Source of the DNA: Candidatus Latescibacterota bacterium
GTDB lineage: Bacteria > Latescibacterota > UBA2968 > GCA-2709665
Direction: 5' to 3'
Assembly (NCBI GenBank): GCA_965219455.1
Contig: OZ244744.1
Location: forward strand, 2,336,001 to 2,400,000
DNA: 64,000 nt
Below are positions 37,500-46,231 of this stretch, piece by piece; positions within the stretch are counted from its first letter, which is position 1; each line of letters starts with the position of its first letter. The translations under genes were made by a program, and so were the position numbers. The notes beneath the pieces were generated by a model that saw only the letters and a list, made by a program, of their open reading frames with translations, did not search any database and was not told where the DNA came from.

Positions 37500-38527
37500 A
37501 CATACAACTGCTGCACGAATTCCTGATATCCGTTGTACAGAAGCGTGGGGCGCACGAGGGGCTTCGACACGTCGGTTGTGATGAACCGTTCCGTGGCCTG
37601 CGACCAGCGCGGATGCGGCACCTGCGGCTCCACGTTGGCCAGGAATCCATATTCCCTGGGCACGAGATTGTTCCAGAACGTCTCCGGCTGTTCATTCACG
37701 AACTCGATGATCACGATCGACTTCGCACTCTTGAACCCGTATTTCCACGGTATCACGAGCCGGACGGGGGCGCCGTGCTGCTTCGGCAGTTCGTGGCCGT
37801 AGATACCCGTGGTGATGAACGTGAGTTCGTTCATCGCTTCATCCATCCTCAACCCCTCCTGGTAGGGCCACGGCCACTGGGGGTTGTCGAACTGTCCGGG
37901 CGCCTGGTCCGGGTTGATGAACGTATTGAACTTGACGTGGGTGGCGTCGGACCGGGGTTCCACGGCGTCGATCAGCGCCTTCATCGGAAACCCCGTCCAG
38001 GGAACGGCCATGGACCACGCCTCCACGCAGCGCAGGCGGTAGAGCCGCTCCTCCAGCGGGAATCGCCGGGAGATCCCGTCGTAATCCAACGTCAACGGGT
38101 TCCCCACCAGCCCCTTGACCTCCAGCGTCCAGGGGTTCGTCACGAAATTCTCCGCCTTTTCCTCGATCCCGGTTTTTCCGCGGCTGAACTCGTAATAATT
38201 GTTGTAGTCCCCGGCGATCGTCTCGTCCGTCAGGTTGCGGTCCAGTTCCGAGAACGTCGGATTCGTCTGTGCCGGGTACGCCGGCTTAACCTCTTCTTGC
38301 TCCTCCTCTTCTTCCTCTTCCTCTTCCTCTTCCTTATCAGGGTCGGGGGTGACCGGATCCGGTTCGAACGGCTCGAACACGCGCTCGCTCCCGCACCCCA
38401 CCAGCATGCCCGCCGCGCCAACCGCACCCGCCGCTTTCAGGAACTTCCGCCGGTTCACGTACACGTCTTCCGACGTGGCTTCACGCTCCGGAATTCGCCA
38501 CCCCTTCGGGATCAGAATGTTTGCCAT
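37496..38527 (-). CDS. msrP: Protein-methionine-sulfoxide reductase catalytic subunit MsrP (YedY)
   Basis: Tat motif NRRKFLK; YNNYYEF, RLRCVEAWSM, GAPVRL.IPWKYGFKS.KSI and HPRWSQA motifs. Confidence 0.95.
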   Translation of the reverse strand: MANILIPKGWRIPEREATSEDVYVNRRKFLKAAGAVGAAGMLVGCGSERVFEPFEPDPVTPDPDKEEEEEEEEEEEQEEVKPAYPAQTNPTFSELDRNLTDETIAGDYNNYYEFSRGKTGIEEKAENFVTNPWTLEVKGLVGNPLTLDYDGISRRFPLEERLYRLRCVEAWSMAVPWTGFPMKALIDAVEPRSDATHVKFNTFINPDQAPGQFDNPQWPWPYQEGLRMDEAMNELTFITTGIYGHELPKQHGAPVRLVIPWKYGFKSAKSIVIIEFVNEQPETFWNNLVPREYGFLANVEPQVPHPRWSQATERFITTDVSKPLVRPTLLYNGYQEFVQQLYV

Positions 38528-38594
38528 ATAAAAGCCCCCCTTACTATGATTGACTGTGATTACGTTGATTAAAGGCTGATTAAGAGCTAACCTT

Positions 38595-38790
38595 GAGTCC
38601 ACTCCGAAAAGTCAAAATCGACTCTGACAAGGTCTAAAATGTCGTTTTATTCAAAAGAAAATCGAAATTATAATTGATATAACAATATTATATATAATGA
38701 TTTATGTGGATATGGCTTATATTGAATAATGGCCCTTCCTGATCCAAATTGGAGGAAAATTACGAGAATCTCACTTTTCGGAGTGGACTC
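38595..38790. mobile_element. MITE, 196 bp, with 18-bp TIRs and a 6-bp target duplication
   Basis: GAGTCCACTCCGAAAAGT ... ACTTTTCGGAGTGGACTC, flanked by AACCTT at 38589-38594 and 38791-38796; AT-rich non-coding interior. Confidence 0.88.
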
Positions 38791-38792
38791 AA

Positions 38793-38983
38793 CCTTGATT
38801 CAAAAAAAACAGTCAATTGCCAGCTTTCCCTTACCGCCAGAAATGTGGGATCAATTCGATTAGGATGCACCTTTTCTCCGGTCACATCCGGTGAACTAAA
38901 GAATCGCCGACCTGTATAGTCAAATCGCCTTCGTTCTTCTGGGCAAATTCACACTTACGTCGCTGTAATATTTCGAATCAAGG
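38793..38983 (+). repeat. ~190-bp element, copy 2, with CCTTGATTC/GAATCAAGG ends
   Basis: Homologous to 37303-37499; short terminal inverted repeat. Confidence 0.7.
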
Positions 38984-39099
38984 CTAAACTCTGATGTGAA
39001 CGCCGGAATGGGAGCCGGCGCAAATACTGTGATTCATAGCATTACCGTGCTTTGAACACGGCAATGCGGCAGGCCGACGGATGCTGTTTCGCGCGTTGG

Positions 39100-39927
39100 T
39101 TAAGGCTTGAGCGCGACGCCGACGAAAAACGTATTGCCGGCCGTGGTGTTGCATCCCGACGCAATGTGAATCAGGTCCATATTCACTTCCACCTTCGCGT
39201 TCAGTTTGTAGATGATTCCCGGGGAGATCTTGAGCACGTTCTGGTCCCCGATGAGGCCCACTTCATCTCCCGGCTCGCAGTTGCCCAACGTCTGAATCCC
39301 GGATATGAAGCCCTTGATCAGGACGCGATCCACCGTGATACCGGCCTCCAGGGTGTAGAACCATTCGTTGCTGAACGTCCCTCCGCGCATCCGGTACCCC
39401 AACTCACCGGTGACATAGCCCGGCACGGGGTACAGGGACTTCCCCAGCAGCACCCGTACGTCCCCGTCCAGCTTCCTGGTGCTCAACGGCACACGGGTGC
39501 TTTCATCGTCCTCGAACCAGGTGGGGACCTTCGCGCCCGCGGCAAACGATGCCACGAAGTCCTTGCTCCACAGGAGGCGGCGTATTCGAAGCTCGACGTC
39601 GCCAAACCCCCACCGCCTCTCCAGAGCGGTTCCGGTCTGAAACGTGCGCGTGTCCTCCATATTCTTGTAGGGCGCAGAGGCGACGAGCGTGAGTTGGTCC
39701 GATATCCCGTACTCGAGATAGGCAGAACCGTTCACGTCGCGCAACCTGCCCTCTCCGTCCTTATCGACCTTATCTCCCATCGCGTCGATATCCTGGGTGG
39801 TATTCAAATACCCGCCCGCCAGCTTCAGGTAATATTCCCCCTTCTTCTGGGTCCATGCGCCTGCAAAGGATTGTGATGCCAGGGCCAAAGTCAGGACACA
39901 GCCTGCCGAGAGCACTCGGACGTTCAT
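39100..39927 (-). CDS. Putative outer-membrane beta-barrel protein
   Basis: Signal peptide, AGAWTQKKG, YLEYGI, GFGDVEL and alternating beta-strand patterns. GGAGG RBS. Confidence 0.7.
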   Translation of the reverse strand: MNVRVLSAGCVLTLALASQSFAGAWTQKKGEYYLKLAGGYLNTTQDIDAMGDKVDKDGEGRLRDVNGSAYLEYGISDQLTLVASAPYKNMEDTRTFQTGTALERRWGFGDVELRIRRLLWSKDFVASFAAGAKVPTWFEDDESTRVPLSTRKLDGDVRVLLGKSLYPVPGYVTGELGYRMRGGTFSNEWFYTLEAGITVDRVLIKGFISGIQTLGNCEPGDEVGLIGDQNVLKISPGIIYKLNAKVEVNMDLIHIASGCNTTAGNTFFVGVALKP

Positions 39928-40074
39928 TTCATTACCCTCCTCCTCGTCTCCAGAGTCTTTTTGCCCGTTAAGGAGCCGAAACCGGTTAATCCTTTAACGA
40001 ATCTGACGGGGTTCCGTTCCGTGTTCGAGGTGATTTTTCCTACCGGAAGGCGGTAGTCTTTGCGTAACATAGAA

Positions 40075-40345
40075 TCTCCCCCTCCCCCTAACGTCCCTTA
40101 TTCCCATGTCCTTTTTGTTGTACGCCCAAGAAAAAGGACCAAAAAGAACGGCGCCGTTCGGCACCTGTCTGCGTGCGGACACGCACAGGCAGGCGGGGCC
40201 GGTGGGGAAACGCCTTAGAGGAGCAGACCAACTTCAGTGCCCTACGAACGCTTGCGGAATTCCTCGGCGATGGTGCTGGACGGATCAGCGCGGAAAAACC
40301 CCCCACGCCACCACCGGTCGCACGAGGGCGGCACGCATGATAAGG
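40075..40345 (+). repeat. Structured element subtype A (copy A3) carrying a nested 30-bp mini-hairpin
   Basis: Head and conserved boxes as in A1; insertion at 40164-40193. Confidence 0.8.
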
Positions 40346-40544
40346 CGAGACCTACCCCCTATCCCTCTTCCTGAAGGAGGGCGGAACGGCGATGGGCCAA
40401 TGTACTGGCCTTCCGAAAGTGCCGAGATCGCGTTCTCCTATCAATCAGAGCGTACATGAAGCACCGCTAACCCTCCCCCTCTCCCTGTGGGAGAGGGGGA
40501 GGGGGGGTGGGGGTCTTGGGGCCGGGGGGAGAGGTCCCGCGCCG

Positions 40545-40577
40545 AAAAAAACCGCCGGACGGGTGTCCGGCGGTTTT
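40545..40577 (-). terminator. Intrinsic terminator
   Basis: ACCGCCGGAC-gggt-GTCCGGCGGT stem with a T-run on the minus strand. Confidence 0.82.
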
Positions 40578-40602
40578 CGTATGTAACTCTATGCAGCCGC
40601 CA

Positions 40603-42081
40603 TTATTTCAGCAGCAGCATCTTCTGGGACAGGGTGGACGTTCCAGCGTTGATCTTGGCGATGTACACGCCGCTTGCAACGCCGCGTCCCTGGTTATCCC
40701 TTGCGTCCCACTGAACCTGGTATCGACCCGCTGAGTTGAACTGCGAAATCAGATGCCGTACCTGCTGGCCCAGCACGTCGTAGATGACGACCGTAACCGG
40801 CGCGCCCTCGGGGAGTTCGTAGGAAATCGTGGTGCTCGGGTTGAACGGATTCGGATACACGTTGACCGCAAACTCCGTCGGTAACGGCATGCGGGCGCCC
40901 AGGATCACCTCGATCACGTTCGACCGGGAAACCGAACCGTCCAGGTCCACCTGCTCGACCCGATAGTAGACCTTCTCCACGCCGGGCAGGTTTTTGTCTT
41001 CGAACGAGTAATTCAGCAGTTCGTCGGACGTTCCCGCGCCCTGGACGAAGTTTCCGACGGACTCAAAGTTCTCCCCGTCGACGCTGCGCATGATCTGCCA
41101 GCCCGCGTTGTTCGTCTGCGACACCGTGGACCAGTTAAGAACCACCTTTTCTTCCTGCAACGCGCCGTCGAAAGAAGCAAGTTCGGCGGGGTTGAGCTGC
41201 GTGAAGGTAAAGACCTCGGCGTCGGTCTCCACCCCATCCACGTTGGCTTTCACGGTCACCTGGGAGGCACCTGTGAGCACCTGCAGAAGAATTACGGTCG
41301 GCCCCGACAACATCATATGCTCGTCGAGTTCGAGCATATTGCCTTCCTGATCAAAGATGAGCGGCTTGCTGCCCGTATAGGTCACCGTCCACATCACCAC
41401 CGGATCTTCAGATTCGACGTTCTCCAACGTGACGGCCACGCCGACACCACTGCCGTCGACCGGAACCTGAAGCATATTCCCTTCCATCAGATCAGGGCCC
41501 ATGCCCATGACACTGGGGCCCTTCGGCGTGACGAAGGTCACGATGGCCTCGGATACGTCCAGACTATCGCCCTCGGCGGCCTGCAGGCTCTCGCCCACTG
41601 CAAAGGTCGCGGACTTGACGTAAAAGGAAGAACCCTCTTTGATGTCCGCAAGCGCGACAATCTTCACGGTGCCAAAATATCCGTTTTCCAGAAATGCCGT
41701 CGGTGAAACTGTGGCAAGCGTAAACTCTGAGTCCTTCATCCCGAGCGGGGCAATAATAGCGTCGACGGCGACGATCTTCCAACTCTCATTGAACATCATC
41801 TCCATATTGCTATCGGCAAACTTGAGTTCGGCGCCAATCGTCTTGACTCCTCCGGCGTCTTCAACAAACATCTGAACCTTCACGGTATCGCCGGCAGCCA
41901 CGGGCGCGAGCGTATTGACGCTATCGTTCACCGCATCCGCGGGACTGTCCGCCATTTCCAATGCGGTATCTACCATCAGCTTCTTTCCGACCAGCGCCCC
42001 GGCCTCGGCGCTTCCGATGGTACCGACAATAAAAAAAATACAGACCGCAATAGGACCCAAAATCGGTTTGACTCTGTACAT
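40603..42081 (-). CDS. Secreted protein: cohesin-like domain, one ~110-aa repeat and a FlgD-Ig/T9SS-CTD-like C-terminus
   Basis: Signal peptide; YPNPFNPSTTISYEL...WDARD..G..VASGVY...KMLLLK. Paralog of 42648-46109. Confidence 0.88.
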   Translation of the reverse strand: MYRVKPILGPIAVCIFFIVGTIGSAEAGALVGKKLMVDTALEMADSPADAVNDSVNTLAPVAAGDTVKVQMFVEDAGGVKTIGAELKFADSNMEMMFNESWKIVAVDAIIAPLGMKDSEFTLATVSPTAFLENGYFGTVKIVALADIKEGSSFYVKSATFAVGESLQAAEGDSLDVSEAIVTFVTPKGPSVMGMGPDLMEGNMLQVPVDGSGVGVAVTLENVESEDPVVMWTVTYTGSKPLIFDQEGNMLELDEHMMLSGPTVILLQVLTGASQVTVKANVDGVETDAEVFTFTQLNPAELASFDGALQEEKVVLNWSTVSQTNNAGWQIMRSVDGENFESVGNFVQGAGTSDELLNYSFEDKNLPGVEKVYYRVEQVDLDGSVSRSNVIEVILGARMPLPTEFAVNVYPNPFNPSTTISYELPEGAPVTVVIYDVLGQQVRHLISQFNSAGRYQVQWDARDNQGRGVASGVYIAKINAGTSTLSQKMLLLK

Positions 42082-42200
42082 CGGGATTCTCCTTCTCTCG
42101 GTGTGGGTTTCGCTCCAGAATCTTGAATAAATGCTCGCTCCAAAAGGTTTACGCTAAATAGGTATGGGAGGGCCCGAATCGGACCATCCCATACGCCAGT

Positions 42201-42612
42201 TTACTTCAGCAACATCAACCGTTTAGCATCCTGGAACTTACCGGCAACCGAGACCTGATAGAAGTAAATTCCACTTGAAACCGATACGCCGCGGTCGTCC
42301 ATTCCAGTCCACTGCACTTTGTAGCGACCGGCGGGGCTGGCGCTCACGTACCAGCGTGCGCACTTCCTGGCCCAGCAGGTTGTAGATCCGGAGAACCACG
42401 TCGCCGCTTTCAGCCAGGTCGTACGGTATGTTGGTTTGTGGGTTGAACGGGTTCGGGAAGTTCTGATGCAGCGCGAACTCGGTAGGCGTGCTCTGCACGT
42501 CCAGCGCGCCGAGTGACACCACCGGGTTCTGCAACTGATCGGCATCGAACACCACGCCCTGTGCGATCTCAAACCTAGCATTGTCTGCAAACTCCCTCAG
42601 AACCTTGAACGT
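42201..42612 (-). pseudogene. Duplicated, frameshifted 3' fragment of the 46232-50938 gene
   Basis: Near-identical to 46232-46642; extra G at ~42333-42336; no start codon. Confidence 0.9.
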
Positions 42613-42647
42613 GGCGGTTTACCATATATACCTCTATGCCGCCGCTA

Positions 42648-45600
42648 TTACTTCAGCAGCAGCATTTTCTGGGACAGAGTAGAGGTCCCGGCGTCGATCC
42701 TGGCGATGTACACGCCGCTTGCAACGCCGCGTCCCTGGTTATCCCTGGCATCCCACTTAACCTGGTACCGACCCGCCGAGTTGAACTGCGAAATCAGATG
42801 CCGTACCTGCTGCCCCACCACATCGTAGATGACGACCGTAACCGGCGCGCCCTCTGGGAGTTCGTAGGAAATCGTGGTGCTCGGGTTGAACGGATTCGGA
42901 TACACGTTGACCGCAAACTCCGTCGGTAACGGCATGCGGGCGCCCAGAATCACCTCGATCACGTTCGACCGGGACACCGAACCATCCAGGTCCACCTGCT
43001 CGAGCCGGTAGTAGACCTTCTCCACGCCGGGCAGGTTCTTGTCTTCGAACGAGTAATTCTGCAGCGCGTCGGAGGTTCCCGCGCCCTGTACGAAGTCGCC
43101 GATGGCCTCGAAGTTTTCCCCGTCGAGGCTGCGCGTGATCTGCCAGCCCGCGTTGTTCGTCTGCGACACCGTGGACCAGTTCAGGACCACTTTCTCTTCC
43201 TGCAACGCCCCGTCGAAAGAAGCAAGTTCGGCGGGGTTGAGCTGCGTGAAGGTAAAGACCACGGCGTCGGTCTCCACCCCATCCACGTTGGCTTTCACGG
43301 TCACCTGGGAGGCACCCGTGAGCACCTGCAGAAGAATTACGGTCGGCCCCGACAACATCATATGCTCGTCGAGTTCAAGCATATTAAGTTCCTGATCAAA
43401 GATGAGCGGCTTGCTGCCCGTATAGGTCACGGTCCACAACACCGCCGGCTCTTCAGATTCGACGTTCTGCAACGTCACGGCCACGCCGGCGCCGCTGCCG
43501 TCGGCCGGTACCTGAAGCATATTACCTTCCAACAGATCGGGGCCCATGCCGACCACGACAATGGTAGAGACCTCGTCGAACGTAAACACCGCCGGCTTGG
43601 ACTCCAGGCCGCCCACGCTGGCCTTAACCGTCACCGTAAGGTCGCCGCCGGTAACCATCAGCGTGAGTGAAGTTGGCCCCTCGGACAACATCATCTGTTC
43701 GTCCAGATCAAGCGTGTTGCCATCCGCATCCATGATGACCAGCGTTCCGTCACCCTCCGTGGAAATCGTCCAGGAAGCGACGGAATCCCCCTCGGCCACG
43801 TTTTCCAGCCCAATGTTGACTGAGACGCTGTCGCCACGGCCCATCTCGACCATGTTTCCTTCCATCAACGCATCGCCCGAGCCAACCACTGCGGGGAGAA
43901 CAATCTGCGTGAACGTGAAACTCACGGGCTCCGTCTCCTCGCCGTTTACGTTGGCCTTAACGGTCACCTCAAGGTCTCCGCCGGATACCTTCAACTTCAG
44001 TGACGCTGGCCCGGATACCATCATATTCTCGTCCGGCTCCAGCACATTGCCTTCCATATCCAATACGACCAGCGTTCCGGTACCTACCGAGGTTATCGTC
44101 CACCTGATGCTCGGCTCTTCGGCTTCTACGTTTTTCAACCCAACGTCGAGTTCAACGGCATCGCTAGCGGGAATCTGAAGCATGTTCCCTTCCATCAGCG
44201 CATCGCCCATGCCAACCACGACAATGGCCAAAACCTGGTCGAACGTAAACACCGCCGGCTTAGACTCGAGGCCACCGACGCTTGCTTTAATCGTCACCGT
44301 AAGGTCGCCGCCGGTAACCAACAACGTCAGTGAAGTCGGCCCCTCGGACAACATCATCTGTTCGTCCAGATCAAGCGTGTTGCCATCCGCATCCATGATG
44401 ACCAGCGTTCCGTCACCCTCCGTGGAAATCGTCCAGGAAGCGACGGAATCGCCCTCGGCCAGGTTCTGCAGTTCGATGTTGACCGAGACGCTATCGCCAG
44501 GGCCTATCTCGACCATGTTCCCTTCCATCAACGAATCGCCCGAGCCAACCACTGCAGGGAGAACAATCTGCGTGAACGTAAACGTCACGGGCTCTGACTC
44601 GACGCCATTCACATTGGCCTTGACAGTCACCTCAAGGTCTCCGCCGGATACCTTCAACGTCAGCGACGCCGGACCGGAAACCATCATATGTACGTCCGGC
44701 TCCAGCATATTGCCTTCCATATCCTCTATCACCAGCGTTCCAGCGCCTGCCGAGGTTACCGTCCACCTGACGTTTGGATCTTCGGCGTCTACGTTCTCCA
44801 AACCAAGTTGGACCGCCACGCTGCTATCCGGTGGAATGTCGAGCATGTTCCCTTCCATCAGCGCGTCGCCGCTGCCAACTACGATCGGGCTCTCGATGGG
44901 CGGAAGCTGTGTGAACGTAAACACCGCGGGCACTGCGTCCCTACCGTCTACGTTGGCCTTGACCGTTACCTTGAGATCGCCACCGGTCACCTTCAAACTC
45001 AGCGAAGTCGGCCCGGACAACATCATCTGATCGTCCAGATCCAGCATGTTGCCTTCCATATCCACAATGAGCAGCGTTCCGTCGCCCTCCGTGGAAATTG
45101 TCCAGGAAACGCCTGGATCTTCGCCCATCATGTTCTGCAAAGAGACATTGACGGCGACGGTGTCGCCGGGTGGAACATCCAACATGTTCCCTTCCATCAG
45201 CGCGTCGCCGCTGCCAACTACGAGCGGAAGCTGTGTGAACGTAAACACCGCGGGCACCGCGTCCCTACCGTCTACGTTGGCCTTGACCGTTACCTTGAGA
45301 TCGCCACCGGTCACCTTCAAACTCAGCGAAGTCGGCCCGGACAACATCATCTGATCGTCCAGATCCAGCATGTTGCCTTCCATATCCACAATGAGCAGCG
45401 TTCCGTCGCCCTCCGTGGAAATTGTCCAGGAAACGCCTGGATCTTCGCCCATCATGTTCTGCAAAGAGACATTGACGGCGACGGTGTCGCCGGGTGGAAC
45501 ATCCAACATGTTCCCTTCCGTCAGCGCGTCGCCGGCGCCAATCACGTTAATGGGCGTATAAAAGCTCACCCTGGCCGCCGAGGTGTCAAGACTGTCCAAC

Positions 45601-46109
45601 CCCGCCCCGGTTCCAATATCGGCTTTGCTGACATAGAAATATGCCCCTTCGCCGATATCGGTCTGCGCAACCACTTCCACAGTTCCGATATAACCATTTG
45701 CCGGAACCTCCGCGCCCACCACCCCTGGGGCAAAATAAGTCAGTGTTAGGACATCCGGCCCCACGGCAAGCGGAACGTTAAATATCCCGTCAAATCCGAC
45801 TATCTTCCAGCTGTCCGTAAACATAGCCTCCATATTGCTATCAGCAAATTTGGCGTCGAATCCCACGGCTACGACGCCACCGGCGTCTTCGACAAACAAC
45901 TGGACCTTTATGGTGTCCCCGGCAGCCGCGGGCGGAAGCGTATTCACACTATCGTTCACCGCATCCGCGGGACTGTCCGCCATTTCCAATGCGGTATCTA
46001 CCATCAGCTTCTTTCCGACCAGCGCTCCGGCCTCGGCGCTTCCGATGGTACCCATAACAAAAAAAAGGCAGACCGCAATAGGAACCAAAATCGGTTTGAC
46101 TCTATACAT
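42648..46109 (-). CDS. Secreted protein with seven ~108-112-aa Met-rich repeats and a FlgD-Ig/T9SS-CTD-like C-terminus
   Basis: Repeats VVG.GD.L.EGNM...W......G......D..GN.L..D..MM.SGP...FTF; signal peptide; C-terminus shared with 40603-42081. Confidence 0.9.
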   Translation of the reverse strand: MYRVKPILVPIAVCLFFVMGTIGSAEAGALVGKKLMVDTALEMADSPADAVNDSVNTLPPAAAGDTIKVQLFVEDAGGVVAVGFDAKFADSNMEAMFTDSWKIVGFDGIFNVPLAVGPDVLTLTYFAPGVVGAEVPANGYIGTVEVVAQTDIGEGAYFYVSKADIGTGAGLDSLDTSAARVSFYTPINVIGAGDALTEGNMLDVPPGDTVAVNVSLQNMMGEDPGVSWTISTEGDGTLLIVDMEGNMLDLDDQMMLSGPTSLSLKVTGGDLKVTVKANVDGRDAVPAVFTFTQLPLVVGSGDALMEGNMLDVPPGDTVAVNVSLQNMMGEDPGVSWTISTEGDGTLLIVDMEGNMLDLDDQMMLSGPTSLSLKVTGGDLKVTVKANVDGRDAVPAVFTFTQLPPIESPIVVGSGDALMEGNMLDIPPDSSVAVQLGLENVDAEDPNVRWTVTSAGAGTLVIEDMEGNMLEPDVHMMVSGPASLTLKVSGGDLEVTVKANVNGVESEPVTFTFTQIVLPAVVGSGDSLMEGNMVEIGPGDSVSVNIELQNLAEGDSVASWTISTEGDGTLVIMDADGNTLDLDEQMMLSEGPTSLTLLVTGGDLTVTIKASVGGLESKPAVFTFDQVLAIVVVGMGDALMEGNMLQIPASDAVELDVGLKNVEAEEPSIRWTITSVGTGTLVVLDMEGNVLEPDENMMVSGPASLKLKVSGGDLEVTVKANVNGEETEPVSFTFTQIVLPAVVGSGDALMEGNMVEMGRGDSVSVNIGLENVAEGDSVASWTISTEGDGTLVIMDADGNTLDLDEQMMLSEGPTSLTLMVTGGDLTVTVKASVGGLESKPAVFTFDEVSTIVVVGMGPDLLEGNMLQVPADGSGAGVAVTLQNVESEEPAVLWTVTYTGSKPLIFDQELNMLELDEHMMLSGPTVILLQVLTGASQVTVKANVDGVETDAVVFTFTQLNPAELASFDGALQEEKVVLNWSTVSQTNNAGWQITRSLDGENFEAIGDFVQGAGTSDALQNYSFEDKNLPGVEKVYYRLEQVDLDGSVSRSNVIEVILGARMPLPTEFAVNVYPNPFNPSTTISYELPEGAPVTVVIYDVVGQQVRHLISQFNSAGRYQVKWDARDNQGRGVASGVYIARIDAGTSTLSQKMLLLK

Positions 46110-46192
46110 CACGCTTCTCCTTCTCTCGGTGTGGGTTTCGCTCCAGAATCCTGAATAAATGCTCGCTCCAAAAGGTTTACGCTAAATAGCAG

Positions 46193-46225
46193 GTATGGGA
46201 GGGCCCGAATCGGACCCTCCCATAC
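46193..46225 (-). terminator. Intercistronic stem-loop without a clear U-tract (copy at 42162-42194)
   Basis: GTATGGGAGGG...CCCTCCCATAC, 6 bp after the stop codon. Confidence 0.6.
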
Positions 46226-46231
46226 GCCAGT

